A stretch of 64,000 bases of DNA from an uncultured Planctomycetota bacterium (GCA_963719315.1 CAVRBU010000006.1:32001-96000), one strand, 5' to 3'. Numbered from the stretch's first letter, positions 41,247-52,130 are shown. The notes: generated by a model not told the origin, from the letters alone. A program made the numbers and translations.

Positions 41247-41876
41247 ATGGCCGCATCTACAACTGTCGAACAGAAAAACGTTTCAACCTCGGAACCAGCC
41301 GCGCCGAAAGGCAAATGGAAATCCATTCTGTTGTACACGGCGTTGGGGCTTGTCGCCGCGATCGCCGTGCTGTGCGCCGTCATCGCCACGCGGCCAGACG
41401 ATTTCAAAGTCTCGCGATCCGCCACGTTCAAGGCGTCTCCCGCCGCCGTGTTCGAACAGGTCAACGACTTCCACAAGTGGGATGCCTGGAGTCCCTGGGC
41501 CAAAATGGACCCGAACGCCAAATCGACGTTCGAAGGTCCATCGAGCGGCGAGGGCGCGAAGTTTTCCTGGGCCGGCAACAGCAACGTTGGCGAAGGAAAC
41601 ATGGCGATCGTCGAAAGCAAGCCGGACGAAATCGTCCGCATTCGACTGGAGTTCATCAAACCGTTTGCCGGCACGAACGACGTGGAAATGAAGATCGAGC
41701 CCCAGGGCGACGAGACGCGGCTTACCTGGAGCATGGCCGGCAAAACGAACTTCATGACCAAGGCCATTGGCCTGTTCATGGATTGCGATAAAATGGTCGG
41801 CGACCAGTTCGAGAAGGGTCTCGCCAGTATGAAGGCGATCGTAGAAGCCGAGCCGGAACAATCGAAGGGGGCGTAA
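41247..41876 (+). CDS. SRPBCC family protein
   Basis: N-terminal TM; WDAWSPW; GEGAKFSW. Confidence 0.85.
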   Translation: MAASTTVEQKNVSTSEPAAPKGKWKSILLYTALGLVAAIAVLCAVIATRPDDFKVSRSATFKASPAAVFEQVNDFHKWDAWSPWAKMDPNAKSTFEGPSSGEGAKFSWAGNSNVGEGNMAIVESKPDEIVRIRLEFIKPFAGTNDVEMKIEPQGDETRLTWSMAGKTNFMTKAIGLFMDCDKMVGDQFEKGLASMKAIVEAEPEQSKGA

Positions 41877-41926
41877 GGACAAGACCGTAGCTGAATTCGC
41901 AAGAATTCAGAAAACAAAACCGTAGT

Positions 41927-42066
41927 CAGTACTTCCAAGTTTCGAGTCTGACGAGGAAATGAATTGCTGAGGAACGCTAATACTCACTAATTGCCGCTAA
42001 TTCCGAATCAGTGGAAATTAGCGAAGATTAGTGTTCCGCCCTTTTTGTCTGAACTTGGAACTACTG
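41927..42066. mobile_element. MITE family A, copy 3, target duplication GTAGT
   Basis: Terminal repeats; GTAGT on both flanks; inserted at the start of a GTAG REP. Confidence 0.9.
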
Positions 42067-42173
42067 GTAGTTGAATTCGCAAGAATTCAGAAAACGATTC
42101 AATTCACTGAAGTTTTGCAAATTCAGCTATCGCGTAAATCGGTGGTGAAACTGCTTCTACGTATTCGGAGGAG

Positions 42174-42581
42174 ATGATGTCGAACGATCTGCAACCGGCG
42201 GCGACTTCGAAGGGGATGTTGTGGGCAGGCTGGATCTTGACGCTGTTGCCTGTACCCTTGTTTGTCATGGGCGGAATCATGAGCATCCGGATGCCGCCGG
42301 AAATTCAAGAGAATTTCAAAGCAATGGGCTGGCAACCAAACATGGCGCTCGTCGTGGCGGTCCTGAATCTGGGAAGTTTGGTTCTCTACCTGATCCCTCA
42401 AACGGCCGTGCTGGGAGCAATCTTGCTGACTGGTTATTTGGGTGGCGCGGTCGCGACGCACTTGCGCGTGGGCGAAACGGGCAAGTGTTGGGTACCGGTC
42501 GCGTTCGGCGTGGTGATTTGGCTAGGGCTATTCTTACGCGACGCGCACATCCGATCCCTGATCCCTATTCGAAAACTTTAA
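42174..42581 (+). CDS. DoxX family membrane protein
   Basis: LYLIPQTAVLGAILLTGYLGGAVATH. Confidence 0.85.
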   Translation: MMSNDLQPAATSKGMLWAGWILTLLPVPLFVMGGIMSIRMPPEIQENFKAMGWQPNMALVVAVLNLGSLVLYLIPQTAVLGAILLTGYLGGAVATHLRVGETGKCWVPVAFGVVIWLGLFLRDAHIRSLIPIRKL

Positions 42582-42614
42582 TCGAGTTCGCAGCAACGAC
42601 AACGGGAGAAACTG

Positions 42615-43802
42615 ATGAGCAGCGTTCGTGTTCTCGTCGGCACGCGCAAAGGCGCGTTCCTACTCAACAGCGACGGCAAGCGCCAGCGTTGGGAAGTAAG
42701 TGGCCCCCACTTCGGCGGCTGGGAAGTCTACCATTTGAAGGCTTCGCCCGTCGATCCGAATCGCATCTATGCCTCGCAAACCAGCAGTTGGTTTGGGCAG
42801 ATCATACAGCGTTCGGACGACGGCGGCAAAACATGGCACCAACCGGGCACGCCGGCCGGAGAACCTACCACGACTCCGGATGGCATGCCCAAGGCCGAGA
42901 GCAATAAGTTCGTGTACGACACGTCGCCCGCCGCCGGCAAACCGCTGACCACGCACCAGTGGTACGACGGCACGCAGCACCCGTGGGAGTTCAAGCGCGT
43001 GTGGCATTTGGAGCCGTCGCTCAGCGACCCGAATACGGTGTATGCCGGCGTGGAAGATGCCGCGATGTTCCGTTCAACCGACGGTGGACAGTCGTGGCAC
43101 GAGTTGGCCGGCCTCCGCGGCCACGGCACCGGCCCGCAATGGTCGCCCGGCGCCGGCGGCATGGGGCTGCACACGATTCTGATCGATCCGAAAAATCAAG
43201 ACCGCATCTTCGTTGCGATCTCTGCCGCCGGCACGTTCCGCACCGAGGACGGCGGCAAAACGTGGAAGCCCATCAATCGCGGTCTGCGCTCGCAGTACAT
43301 TCCCGATCCGGACGCCGAAGTCGGCCACTGTGTGCACCGCATCGCGCTGCACCCCGCCCGCCCGAACGTGCTGTTCATGCAAAAGCATTGGGACGTTATG
43401 CGCAGCGACGACGCCGGCGATTCGTGGCACGAAATCAGCGGCGATTTGCCGACCGACTTCGGCTTCCCGATCGAAGTGCACGCTCACGAGCCGGATACGG
43501 TGTACGTCGTGCCGATCACGAGCGACTCGCTCCACTATCCGCCGGAGGGGAAGCTGCGCATGTACCGCAGCCGCACCGGCGGCAACGATTGGGAGCCCCT
43601 CACGAACGGCCTGCCGCAAGAGAATTGTTACGTGAACGTCCTGCGCGATGCGACGTGCGTCGATTCACTCGACCCCTGCGGCGTGTATTTCGGCACGACC
43701 GGTGGCCAGGTCTACGCTTCCGCCGACGGCGGCGACCGCTGGGCCCCCATCGTCCGCGACCTGCCGGCTGTGGTGTCGGTCGAAGTGCAGGTGTTGAAGT
43801 AA
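42615..43802 (+). CDS. BNR/Asp-box beta-propeller protein
   Basis: Multiple SxDGGxxW boxes. Confidence 0.85.
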   Translation: MSSVRVLVGTRKGAFLLNSDGKRQRWEVSGPHFGGWEVYHLKASPVDPNRIYASQTSSWFGQIIQRSDDGGKTWHQPGTPAGEPTTTPDGMPKAESNKFVYDTSPAAGKPLTTHQWYDGTQHPWEFKRVWHLEPSLSDPNTVYAGVEDAAMFRSTDGGQSWHELAGLRGHGTGPQWSPGAGGMGLHTILIDPKNQDRIFVAISAAGTFRTEDGGKTWKPINRGLRSQYIPDPDAEVGHCVHRIALHPARPNVLFMQKHWDVMRSDDAGDSWHEISGDLPTDFGFPIEVHAHEPDTVYVVPITSDSLHYPPEGKLRMYRSRTGGNDWEPLTNGLPQENCYVNVLRDATCVDSLDPCGVYFGTTGGQVYASADGGDRWAPIVRDLPAVVSVEVQVLK

Positions 43803-43805
43803 ACA

Positions 43806-43970
43806 ACTCAAAGTGAAACCGCCAAGTACGCCAAGAGCACAAGTTTTCATTATGTTCCGATTAAGACGCGAGAGACTGTCGGAACGACCATTCACAGACA
43901 AACTGTTTGGCAAGTTTTATTCTCATTGCATTACTTGGCGATCTTGGCGGTTATTTTTTTCAGTTTGAGT
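43806..43970. mobile_element. MITE family B, copy 1, flanked by AAACA
   Basis: ACTCAAAGTGAAA / TTTCAGTTTGAGT; colinear homolog at 56257-56420. Confidence 0.75.
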
Positions 43971-44010
43971 AAACAAAGACTACTGATCGGCATTTTTCAT
44001 TTTGAACTAA

Positions 44011-44307
44011 ATGATTCGAGTCATACTACCTTACCATCTGAAGATGCTCGCCAAGGTGGGCGGCGAAGTGGAACTCGACGTTCCCGCCCCCGTCACTTTA
44101 AGAGCCGCGCTCGATGCGCTCGAAACCCGTTACCCGATGCTTCGCGGCACGATTCGCGACCAGGTCACCGGCGAGCGCCGGGCGTTTTTGCGATTCTTCG
44201 CCTGCGAGCAGGATTTTTCCAACGACTCGTCGGATACGCCGCTGCCGGTGAAAGTGGCGGCCGGTGAAGAACCGCTATTGGTGATCGGCGCAATCGCAGG
44301 CGGCTAG
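44011..44307 (+). CDS. MoaD/ThiS family ubiquitin-like protein
   Basis: C-terminal AIAGG. Confidence 0.85.
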   Translation: MIRVILPYHLKMLAKVGGEVELDVPAPVTLRAALDALETRYPMLRGTIRDQVTGERRAFLRFFACEQDFSNDSSDTPLPVKVAAGEEPLLVIGAIAGG

Positions 44308-44312
44308 GATGG

Positions 44313-46715
44313 CTACTGCGAAATCGCCTGGCGGAGTGTGTGCGGGTCGATCGGCTTCACTAAATGATCGTCGAAGCCCGCTTCGCGCGCGTTGCGGCGG
44401 TCCTCGTCCTGGCCCCAGCCGGTGAGCGCCACGATGCGGATCGTCTTGCCCCACGGTTGTTGTCGGATTGAGCGGCATACGTCGTAACCGTTCATGCCGG
44501 GCAGGCCGATGTCGAGCAACATTACGTCGGGCTGATAGGACTCGGCCGTTTTAACGGCGACGAGCCCGTCGTAGACTGTTTCGACTTCATGTCCGCTCAA
44601 GCGGAGCAGCATTGCCACCGTATCGGCGGCGTCCTGGTTGTCGTCGGTGACGAGGATTCGCTTGGGCGATGTGGTGACGGCGACCGGCGGCTGATTGGTT
44701 GGCGCGCGCGGCGGCTCATTCGCAAGTGCGGGGAGACGGACCAGGAACTCGCTGCCGTGACCGAGACCGGCGCTCTGCGCCGCGATGCTGCCGCCGTGCA
44801 GCTCGACCAGCCGCTTCACCAGCGTCAACCCGATGCCCAGACCGCTGCGAGTGCGTTCGAGCGATTGGTCGACCTGCGAAAACATTTCGAAGATACCTTC
44901 GAGTTGGTCGGGCGCGATGCCGATGCCGGTGTCCGAGACGGTGACGGCGACCTCGCCGCCTTCGCGCGCGGCGGCGATTGTGATTGTGCCGCCCGGCTCG
45001 GTGAATTTGCAGGCGTTGTTGAGCAGGTTGCTGAACACCTGAGCGAGTCGCACGGGATCGCCCTGAACCCAGATGGGCGTTGCCGGCAGCGCAACGCGCT
45101 GTTCATGTCCGCCGGCCTCCGCCAGTGGGCGGCTGATTTCAACCGCCTGGTGAATGATCGACGCCAGCTCGACGCGCTGCTTGCGGAGCTCGAGCTTATC
45201 GCGCGTAATGCGGCCAATATCGAGCAGATCGTCCACCAGCCGCACCATCTGGCCGAATTGCCGCTCCATCGTATCGCGGGCTCGTTCGAGCATGCCGGGG
45301 TTGCCGTTGGCGTGCTTGATGATTTCGAGTGCGTTGCCGATCGGCGCGAGCGGGTTCCGCAGCTCGTGGGCCAGCGTGGCCAGGAACTCGTCCTTGCGGC
45401 GAGCGGTCTCCTTCGCGTCCTCCTCGATCTGCTTCCGCTCGGTGATATCGACGCACGAGCCGATGTAGCCGGCAAAATCGCCGTTCGATTCGTATCGCGG
45501 AATTCCGTTATCCAGAACCCAGCGATATTCGCAATCGCGGCGCCGCAAGCGATATTCCATCGCAAAGGTCTGCCGAGACTCGAAAGCCTGGATGTAGGCA
45601 TCGCGGCAGCGGTCGAGGTCCTCGGGGTGGATACTGGCTTTCCAACCGGTGCCGATTTCGCTCTCCATCGGTTGGCCGACGAACTCCAGCCAGCGCTTAT
45701 TGAACCACGTGCGTCGGCGATCGGGGCCGCTCATCCAAATCAGGACGGGCGCGGCGTCGGCCATGATCCGGAATCGCTGTTCGGTTTCGCGGAGCGCTTG
45801 CTCGGCGGCCCGGGCGATCATGGCTTGCCGGCTGATGCCGTCGGCCGTCCACCACAGCAGGCCCAGCAAGAGCAGGATCTCGATCAGGGTCCGCACCGCG
45901 GTGCCGAATGCGGGATCGTACAGCTCGACTTGCTGGCCCGCGAGTCGCAACCAGCCTAAGAGCAGCGGCACGCCGATGATCGGCACCATCAACCTGCGGA
46001 CGAGCAGACCGCCCGCGTCGTTGCGCCGCAGGATCGCCGACACACCGTGCTCCGGAATGGCCGCAATCAGCCCGATTGCGAGGGCGGCGATCATCGTGCT
46101 CGTTTGCCAGGCGATGCCGGTAAAATGCGGCAAGATATACAACTGATCCGCGTTGTACCAATAGCCGATGAGCGACAGCGACACGATCGCCATGACGCCC
46201 AGCGCCAACATGCTGGCCAGGCGTCGCGGCGCCCGGCCACAAGTGGCCAGCAGCAGCCCGATCCCAAGGACAAGGATTGCGGTTGAAGCGGGCAGTCCCA
46301 TCCGCATTGGCGCGGTGCTGGCCTTCTGTCCCCACGGCCGATTGAAGAGCAGTGTGTCAATTCCAAGATTGATGCGGAACAAATGCTCCAATAGCGTGAG
46401 AGTACCGATCACGGCCATGCACGTCGTCAGAATGCGCACGGTCGTTCGTCGGCCCGGATTGCTTTGTGGAATCGGAAGCAGCAGCAGCGCGATTCCGCCC
46501 AACACGACACACACTGCCGTGTTGGCGAACATCGAGATGCCGTCGTTGTTCCAGTCGGTGAGCCGTGGAATGTCGAGCACCAGCCAACCAGCGTGAGGAT
46601 TCCGCCGATGATTGCATAGAGGGCCGCAGCCAGGGCGAAGGCGCGACTCACGCGATCGTAGCGATTTTCGATCGACGGCAACGGCACTGGGGGATCGCTG
46701 TGAGACACGGGCCAT
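44313..46715 (-). CDS. Hybrid sensor histidine kinase (TM, PAS, HisKA, HATPase, receiver); probable frameshift near 46585
   Basis: LAHELRNPL, NLLNNACKF, DTGIG, GLGIGL, DIGLPGMNG; alternative N-terminus in ORF 46427-46708. Confidence 0.9.
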   Translation of the reverse strand: MARVSQRSPSAVAVDRKSLRSRESRLRPGCGPLCNHRRNPHAGWLVLDIPRLTDWNNDGISMFANTAVCVVLGGIALLLLPIPQSNPGRRTTVRILTTCMAVIGTLTLLEHLFRINLGIDTLLFNRPWGQKASTAPMRMGLPASTAILVLGIGLLLATCGRAPRRLASMLALGVMAIVSLSLIGYWYNADQLYILPHFTGIAWQTSTMIAALAIGLIAAIPEHGVSAILRRNDAGGLLVRRLMVPIIGVPLLLGWLRLAGQQVELYDPAFGTAVRTLIEILLLLGLLWWTADGISRQAMIARAAEQALRETEQRFRIMADAAPVLIWMSGPDRRRTWFNKRWLEFVGQPMESEIGTGWKASIHPEDLDRCRDAYIQAFESRQTFAMEYRLRRRDCEYRWVLDNGIPRYESNGDFAGYIGSCVDITERKQIEEDAKETARRKDEFLATLAHELRNPLAPIGNALEIIKHANGNPGMLERARDTMERQFGQMVRLVDDLLDIGRITRDKLELRKQRVELASIIHQAVEISRPLAEAGGHEQRVALPATPIWVQGDPVRLAQVFSNLLNNACKFTEPGGTITIAAAREGGEVAVTVSDTGIGIAPDQLEGIFEMFSQVDQSLERTRSGLGIGLTLVKRLVELHGGSIAAQSAGLGHGSEFLVRLPALANEPPRAPTNQPPVAVTTSPKRILVTDDNQDAADTVAMLLRLSGHEVETVYDGLVAVKTAESYQPDVMLLDIGLPGMNGYDVCRSIRQQPWGKTIRIVALTGWGQDEDRRNAREAGFDDHLVKPIDPHTLRQAISQ

Positions 46716-47032
46716 CCGAATTCCGGTCAGTCGTTTGCGGCAAGCCGCGGGCGCGCCTGCCCGCGCAGGCGGAGCATTCTCAGTCTACCACCAAAACCGT
46801 AGGCGAGCATGCCCGATATCGTGGGCCGCGATGGGGCGATTTGCTTTTGTAGGTCCCTTCTGCCGGAAGGGACTCTCGCGAATTCGCGATATTGCAGAGC
46901 AGGTTCAGGTCCGGCTCGGCAAGCGGGACCTACCTTTCGGGCTAAGCATTACGATAGATTTAAGTGGGCCGTAAGACACCGGCGGCTAGAGATCGCCGCT
47001 ACGAGGGGAATTTGGCGTGAATGGTGTGAACT

Positions 47033-47515
47033 ATGAATGACGAGCCAATCGCATCGACCGATCGTTCGGTTGTAGACGTTTCACTGCTGCTGCTGCGCGT
47101 GATCGTCGGCGTGATCTTCGTCGCGCATGGATCGCAAAAGCTGTTCGGGGCGTTCGGTGGGCCGGGCTTGGCCGAGGTGGTGAAGATGTTCGGCGGTGGG
47201 CCGCTTGGGTACCTCGTGACGATCGGTGAGTTCTTCGGCGGGCTAGGGCTGATCTTCGGATTCTTATCGCGGTTCTCGGCGGCGTCGCTGATCGTCATCA
47301 TGATCGGCGCGATCGCCATGGTGCATGGCCGCAACGGGTTCTTTCTCGGCAAAGGGCCCGCGAGCACGATGGCTGAAGCCGGCTTCGAATACTGCCTGGC
47401 ACTCATTGGGTTACTGCTACCGATTCTGTTGTGCGGGCCAGGCCGGCTCTCGATTGGCCGACTGTTCATGCCCAAATCGGCAAAAACCGGGCGACCCGTT
47501 GTCGTTTTGGAATAG
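47033..47515 (+). CDS. DoxX family protein
   Basis: LLLRVIVG..HGSQKLFG..GFEY..GPGRLS. Confidence 0.88.
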   Translation: MNDEPIASTDRSVVDVSLLLLRVIVGVIFVAHGSQKLFGAFGGPGLAEVVKMFGGGPLGYLVTIGEFFGGLGLIFGFLSRFSAASLIVIMIGAIAMVHGRNGFFLGKGPASTMAEAGFEYCLALIGLLLPILLCGPGRLSIGRLFMPKSAKTGRPVVVLE

Positions 47516-47612
47516 AGCAACGATAATCTTTGGAATAGCCGCGTCTCGCTGCGATCCCGATGCGCGGCGGCGGGCGAAGCTATATCCCCACTTCTCTTTT
47601 CTGGAGGCTGTC

Positions 47613-48263
47613 ATGAACTTGAAAAAACTGTTTGCGCTGCTATTTGTCGCGGCTGCCGGGTTGGCGGCGATTGCCTCGTTCGCGATTGCGGACGCATCGA
47701 AGGAAACGAAAGCTCCGGCGGCTTCGGCCGAAATCAAGTTGCCGCCGGGCTGGACGGTGGAAGACATGCAAGCCTGCATGCTCGCCGGCACGCCGGGAAA
47801 ACAGCAGGCGCATCTGGCCAAGGAAGCCGGCGTGTGGAACGGTAAGTCCACCACGTACATGCCGGGCGCCGAACCGGTGACGAGCGAGTGCGTCTCCACC
47901 ATTACGCCCATCATGGATGGCCGCTTCATCAAATGCGAGATCAAGGGCGACATGCCGGGCATGGGGCCGTTCGAGGGTATCGGGATCTACGGCTTCGATA
48001 ACGTGTCGCAGAAGTTCGTCTCCAATTGGATCGACAACCAAAGCACCGGCATCATGAACGGCACGGGCGAGCTCTCGAAGGACGGCAAAGTGATGACTTG
48101 GAAATTCACGTTCAATTGCCCGATCACGAAGAAGCCGGCGGTCATGCGCGAGATTGAAACGGTGACCGGCCCGAACACGAAGCGGTTCGAGATGTTCGCC
48201 CCCGATCCGAAGACCGGCAAAGAATCGAAGATGATGACCATCGAGTTCACGAAGAAGAGTTAA
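47613..48263 (+). CDS. Secreted DUF1579 protein
   Basis: Signal peptide; GTPGKQ, FEGIGIYGFDN, WIDNQSTG. Confidence 0.8.
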   Translation: MNLKKLFALLFVAAAGLAAIASFAIADASKETKAPAASAEIKLPPGWTVEDMQACMLAGTPGKQQAHLAKEAGVWNGKSTTYMPGAEPVTSECVSTITPIMDGRFIKCEIKGDMPGMGPFEGIGIYGFDNVSQKFVSNWIDNQSTGIMNGTGELSKDGKVMTWKFTFNCPITKKPAVMREIETVTGPNTKRFEMFAPDPKTGKESKMMTIEFTKKS

Positions 48264-48405
48264 GCCGGATCTTGGAAACATTGAACCGCCATGGACGCCA
48301 AGTGCGCCAAGGAAGGCAGATGGCAGATGTTTTTCTTGGCGACCTTTGTGATCTTGGCGGTTTCGTCATTGTGCTACGCTCACAAAGCAATCGGAGAACG
48401 ACGCG

Positions 48406-49308
48406 ATGTGGCGGAACGTGATGATTATCGTGTGGGCGTTGGTGACGGCGCTGGAGCTTAAGGGCACCGGCAAAGCCACAGACCCGCCGCCGTTTCCGAT
48501 TCAGGCGCATCGCTGCGCCGGCATCGCCATGCCGGAAAACACGCTGGAATCGGCTCAATGGGCCTGGCAACATGGTGTCACTCCCGAGTGCGACTTGCGG
48601 ATGACCAAGGACCGGCAAATTGTTTGCTTCCACGACCCCAATTTCGCCCGCGTGCCGGTGAACGTCGACGCGAAGACCAAGAAGCTCGGCGTCGAGAAGT
48701 TGACGCTGACTGAGCTCAAGAAGCTCGATGTCGGTTCGTTCCGCGGCGCGCAATATTCCGGCGAGCGGATTCCCACGCTGGAATCGATCTTCGCCGAAAT
48801 GCACGGCCATCCAGAACGGATGCTCTATCTCGACATCAAAACCGTCGACATGGATCGGCTGGCTGAGCTCATTCGCAAATATGGTGTTGAGCAACAAGGC
48901 ATCTTCACGTCGACCCACTACGATTTGCTTCAGGATTGGAAGAAGCGAATTCCCGAATCGCCGACGCTGCTCTGGAACGGCGGCACCGAAGCGGAACTCA
49001 CCAAGAAAATGGATGGGCTGCGGAAAGACGATTTCAAGGGCATCACCTACTTGCAGATTCACGTCCACGTCGGCGACCTCGCGAGCGACGAGCCGTTCGA
49101 TCCGCGGAGCGAGTTCTTGCGCACGCTGGGCAAGGAACTGAAATTGCGCGGTATCGTGTTTCAGGTTCTGCCCTGGGAGTGTTCGGACCAGCGGGCGTAT
49201 GAAAAACTCCTCGCGCTCGGCGCCGAGTCATTTGCGACTGATTACCCGGAGGTGACGCTGGGCGCGGTTCGGAGCTTTCGTGCGAAGAGCGGAAAGCAAC
49301 AACCTTAA
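48406..49308 (+). CDS. Exported glycerophosphodiester phosphodiesterase
   Basis: QAHR, PENTL, ECDLRMTKD, FHD, TDYP. Confidence 0.88.
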   Translation: MWRNVMIIVWALVTALELKGTGKATDPPPFPIQAHRCAGIAMPENTLESAQWAWQHGVTPECDLRMTKDRQIVCFHDPNFARVPVNVDAKTKKLGVEKLTLTELKKLDVGSFRGAQYSGERIPTLESIFAEMHGHPERMLYLDIKTVDMDRLAELIRKYGVEQQGIFTSTHYDLLQDWKKRIPESPTLLWNGGTEAELTKKMDGLRKDDFKGITYLQIHVHVGDLASDEPFDPRSEFLRTLGKELKLRGIVFQVLPWECSDQRAYEKLLALGAESFATDYPEVTLGAVRSFRAKSGKQQP

Positions 49309-49320
49309 TGCGGTGCGTGG

Positions 49321-50664
49321 ATGACCGAGGACGATAAGTTGATGGAGTCGGCCCTGCGTCGCGCCCGCGACACCCGCAAACTCGTGGTCGCCCCGGGCGC
49401 GCGGCGCAACGTGGCCGACGTGTTCGCCGAACTGTTTGGCAATTCGCCTTGCATTATCATCGCTGACGAAAACACTTTCGCCGTAGCCGGTCAGGATGCT
49501 TACGACGGCTTACGAGCCAGTGGCCGCAAATGCTTCGAACCGCTCGTGCTGGAAGCCGAGGGGCTGTACGCCGAATACGCTTTCGTCACGCAAATTCAAC
49601 GGGCGCTTGCGGGCAACGACGCCATCCCCGTGGCCGTTGGGGCAGGGTCGATCAACGATCTCACGAAGCTCGCTTCACACCTCAGCGGGCGGCAATACTT
49701 GTCCCTGGCGACGGCCGCCTCAATGGATGGTTACACGGCGTTCGGCGCATCGATCACACACGAAGGCTCCAAGCAGACGTTCGATTGCCCGGCGCCGCTC
49801 GGCGTCGTGGCCGACTTGGACGTGATCGCCGCCGCGCCGCAGGGGCTAAATGCATCCGGTTACGCGGATCTGGTGGCGAAAGTGCCTGCCGGCGTCGATT
49901 GGCTGCTCGCCGACAGCCTCGGCGTTGATGCCATCGACCTCGACATTTGGGACATGGTCCAATCCCGGCTCGACGTATGGATGAGCGACCCTTGCGGTGT
50001 TCACACCGGCGACTTGAACGCCACGCGCCGGCTCACAATCGCGCTTATGATCACCGGTTTTGCAATGCAGGCCGCCTGTTCCAGCCGGCCGGTCTCCGGC
50101 GCGGAGCACCAATTCAGCCACTTGTGGGACATGGAGCACCACACGTACCGCGGCATCACGCCGTCGCACGGCTTCAAGGTGGGCATCGGCTCGCTTGCGT
50201 CGCTCGCGCTGTACGAAGCGGTGATGGCGTACGATTTCTCACAGCTCGACGTCGAGGCGGCCGTGAGCGGCTGGCCAAACCTTGCGGCAAACGACCAGGA
50301 AATCAATGCGCTGTTCGAGACGCCCGAGCTGCGCCGCAAGGCGATTCTTGAAAGCACGACGAAATACATCGACCACGACGCGCTCCGCACGCAGCTCGAA
50401 CAGGTGAAGCGCGACTGGCCGCGAATTCGCGAACGGCTCGCGGAAAAGCTCATGACCCGCGCCGAAGTCCTCGACCTTCTCCAAGCGGCCGGTTGCCCGG
50501 TGAAGTCGGAGGACATCGGCATTTCGCCCGAGCGCCTGCGGATCAGCTTTCGCAAGGCGTACCACATTCGCCGGCGATTCACGGTGCTTGATCTGGTTCG
50601 CCGCGCCGATTTATGGGACCATCTCCTCGACCAGGTCTTTAACGGCAAAGCGAACCAAGCATGA
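49321..50664 (+). CDS. sn-glycerol-1-phosphate dehydrogenase (AraM/EgsA family)
   Basis: GAGSINDLTK, TAASMDGY, SGAEHQFSH, SHGFKVG. Confidence 0.85.
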   Translation: MTEDDKLMESALRRARDTRKLVVAPGARRNVADVFAELFGNSPCIIIADENTFAVAGQDAYDGLRASGRKCFEPLVLEAEGLYAEYAFVTQIQRALAGNDAIPVAVGAGSINDLTKLASHLSGRQYLSLATAASMDGYTAFGASITHEGSKQTFDCPAPLGVVADLDVIAAAPQGLNASGYADLVAKVPAGVDWLLADSLGVDAIDLDIWDMVQSRLDVWMSDPCGVHTGDLNATRRLTIALMITGFAMQAACSSRPVSGAEHQFSHLWDMEHHTYRGITPSHGFKVGIGSLASLALYEAVMAYDFSQLDVEAAVSGWPNLAANDQEINALFETPELRRKAILESTTKYIDHDALRTQLEQVKRDWPRIRERLAEKLMTRAEVLDLLQAAGCPVKSEDIGISPERLRISFRKAYHIRRRFTVLDLVRRADLWDHLLDQVFNGKANQA

Positions 50665-52130
50665 GTGCCGACCCCGCCGCGGCCGCCCGTCCGTCGTACG
50701 ATGCGTCCGCGGGGCACGTCGCTTCGCCCGCGGCGGCCGCGTCGCAACGCGCGGAGTTCGCTTATTGGCAACGCCGCATCCTCGTGTCATCGATGATCGG
50801 CTACGCCTTGTTTTACTTCGTGCGAAAAAACATCAGCGTGGCGGCGCCCGTGATGTACACGAGCCTGGGCATTTCCAAAAGCCAGTTCGGCCTGTTTCTC
50901 ACGCTGCACGGCTTGATGTACGGGATCTCGAAGTTCTTGAACGGCATCGCCGGCGACCGCGTCAACGCGCGGTGGTTCATGGTGACGGGCCTGGTATTTT
51001 GCGGCGTCATCAACATTATTTTCGGCCTGAGCGCATCGATCCTGTCGTTGGGAATTCTGTGGACGCTGAATGGCTGGTTTCAGGGGATGGGCTTTCCACC
51101 TTGTGCCCGACTGATGACGCATTGGTTCTCGCCGCGCGAGTTCGCCACGAAGATGGCGATTTGGAATTCGTCCCATTCGCTGGGCGCCGGCTTGATCTTC
51201 ATACTGTGCGGTTATCTGGCTCCCATCGATTGGAGGCTGTGCTTCTTCGTTCCGGCGGGAATCGTGCTGTTCGGTGCGGCCTGTTTGGCGATTGTGCTTC
51301 GAGACACGCCTGAATCGCTGGGCTTTCCGCCGGTGGAAGGCACGGCCGATATGCAGCACGATGCCGAGCCGCTCGCCAGCGCGCTGCGGCGCTTGGTGTT
51401 CCGCAATCCCTATATTTGGCTATTTGCCCTGGCGAATTTTTTTGTGTACGCCGTGCGTTACGGAATTCTCGATTGGGGCCCCACCTTTTTGAAGGAGGCC
51501 CGCGGCATCGACCTGTCGAACGCCACTTGGATCGTGGCGGCGTATGAAGGCGCGGGCCTGTTGGGCATGCTCTCGGGCGGCTGGATCACCGACCGCATGT
51601 TTGGTGGCCGGCCGGCGCGAGCCTGTTTCTTCTACATGATCTTCTGCACCGTCGCACTGCTCATGTTTTGGAAGCTGCCGAACCAAACGTGGATTTCGAG
51701 TACGATCCTGCTTTGCCTGGCCGGCTTCTTTATCTATGGTCCGCAGAGCCTGATCGGCACCGCGGCTGCAAACCTGGCCACCAAGCGGGCGGCGGCGGCT
51801 GCCGTCGGCGTCACCGGCGTGTTCGGCTATTTGAGCACCACTCTCTCCGGCGTGGGAATCGGCGCGCTCGTGCAACATTATGGTTCGAACGCCAGCTCGA
51901 TCGTGTTCGAGCGGACGGCCGCGGCGACCGTGGGAATCACCGGTGTCGGCGGTTATCTCGCCACGGCGTTTACTTGCCGAGGGATGGGCGTGCTGGTCGG
52001 GCACCAGGGTTGGGACGCCGGATTTGCCGTGTTTGTCGTATGCAGCATGGCCGGCGTGTTGCTATTCGCCGTGTGCTGGCCGGCGAAGCCGCACGGATAT
52101 GTCGAAAATGAGACCACTCATTGCGACTAA
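50661..52130 (+). CDS. Organophosphate:Pi antiporter MFS (GlpT/UhpC/PgtP-like)
   Basis: YFVRKN, QGMGFPP, WNSSH, VRYGILDW, YGPQ. Confidence 0.88.
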   Translation: MSADPAAAARPSYDASAGHVASPAAAASQRAEFAYWQRRILVSSMIGYALFYFVRKNISVAAPVMYTSLGISKSQFGLFLTLHGLMYGISKFLNGIAGDRVNARWFMVTGLVFCGVINIIFGLSASILSLGILWTLNGWFQGMGFPPCARLMTHWFSPREFATKMAIWNSSHSLGAGLIFILCGYLAPIDWRLCFFVPAGIVLFGAACLAIVLRDTPESLGFPPVEGTADMQHDAEPLASALRRLVFRNPYIWLFALANFFVYAVRYGILDWGPTFLKEARGIDLSNATWIVAAYEGAGLLGMLSGGWITDRMFGGRPARACFFYMIFCTVALLMFWKLPNQTWISSTILLCLAGFFIYGPQSLIGTAAANLATKRAAAAAVGVTGVFGYLSTTLSGVGIGALVQHYGSNASSIVFERTAAATVGITGVGGYLATAFTCRGMGVLVGHQGWDAGFAVFVVCSMAGVLLFAVCWPAKPHGYVENETTHCD

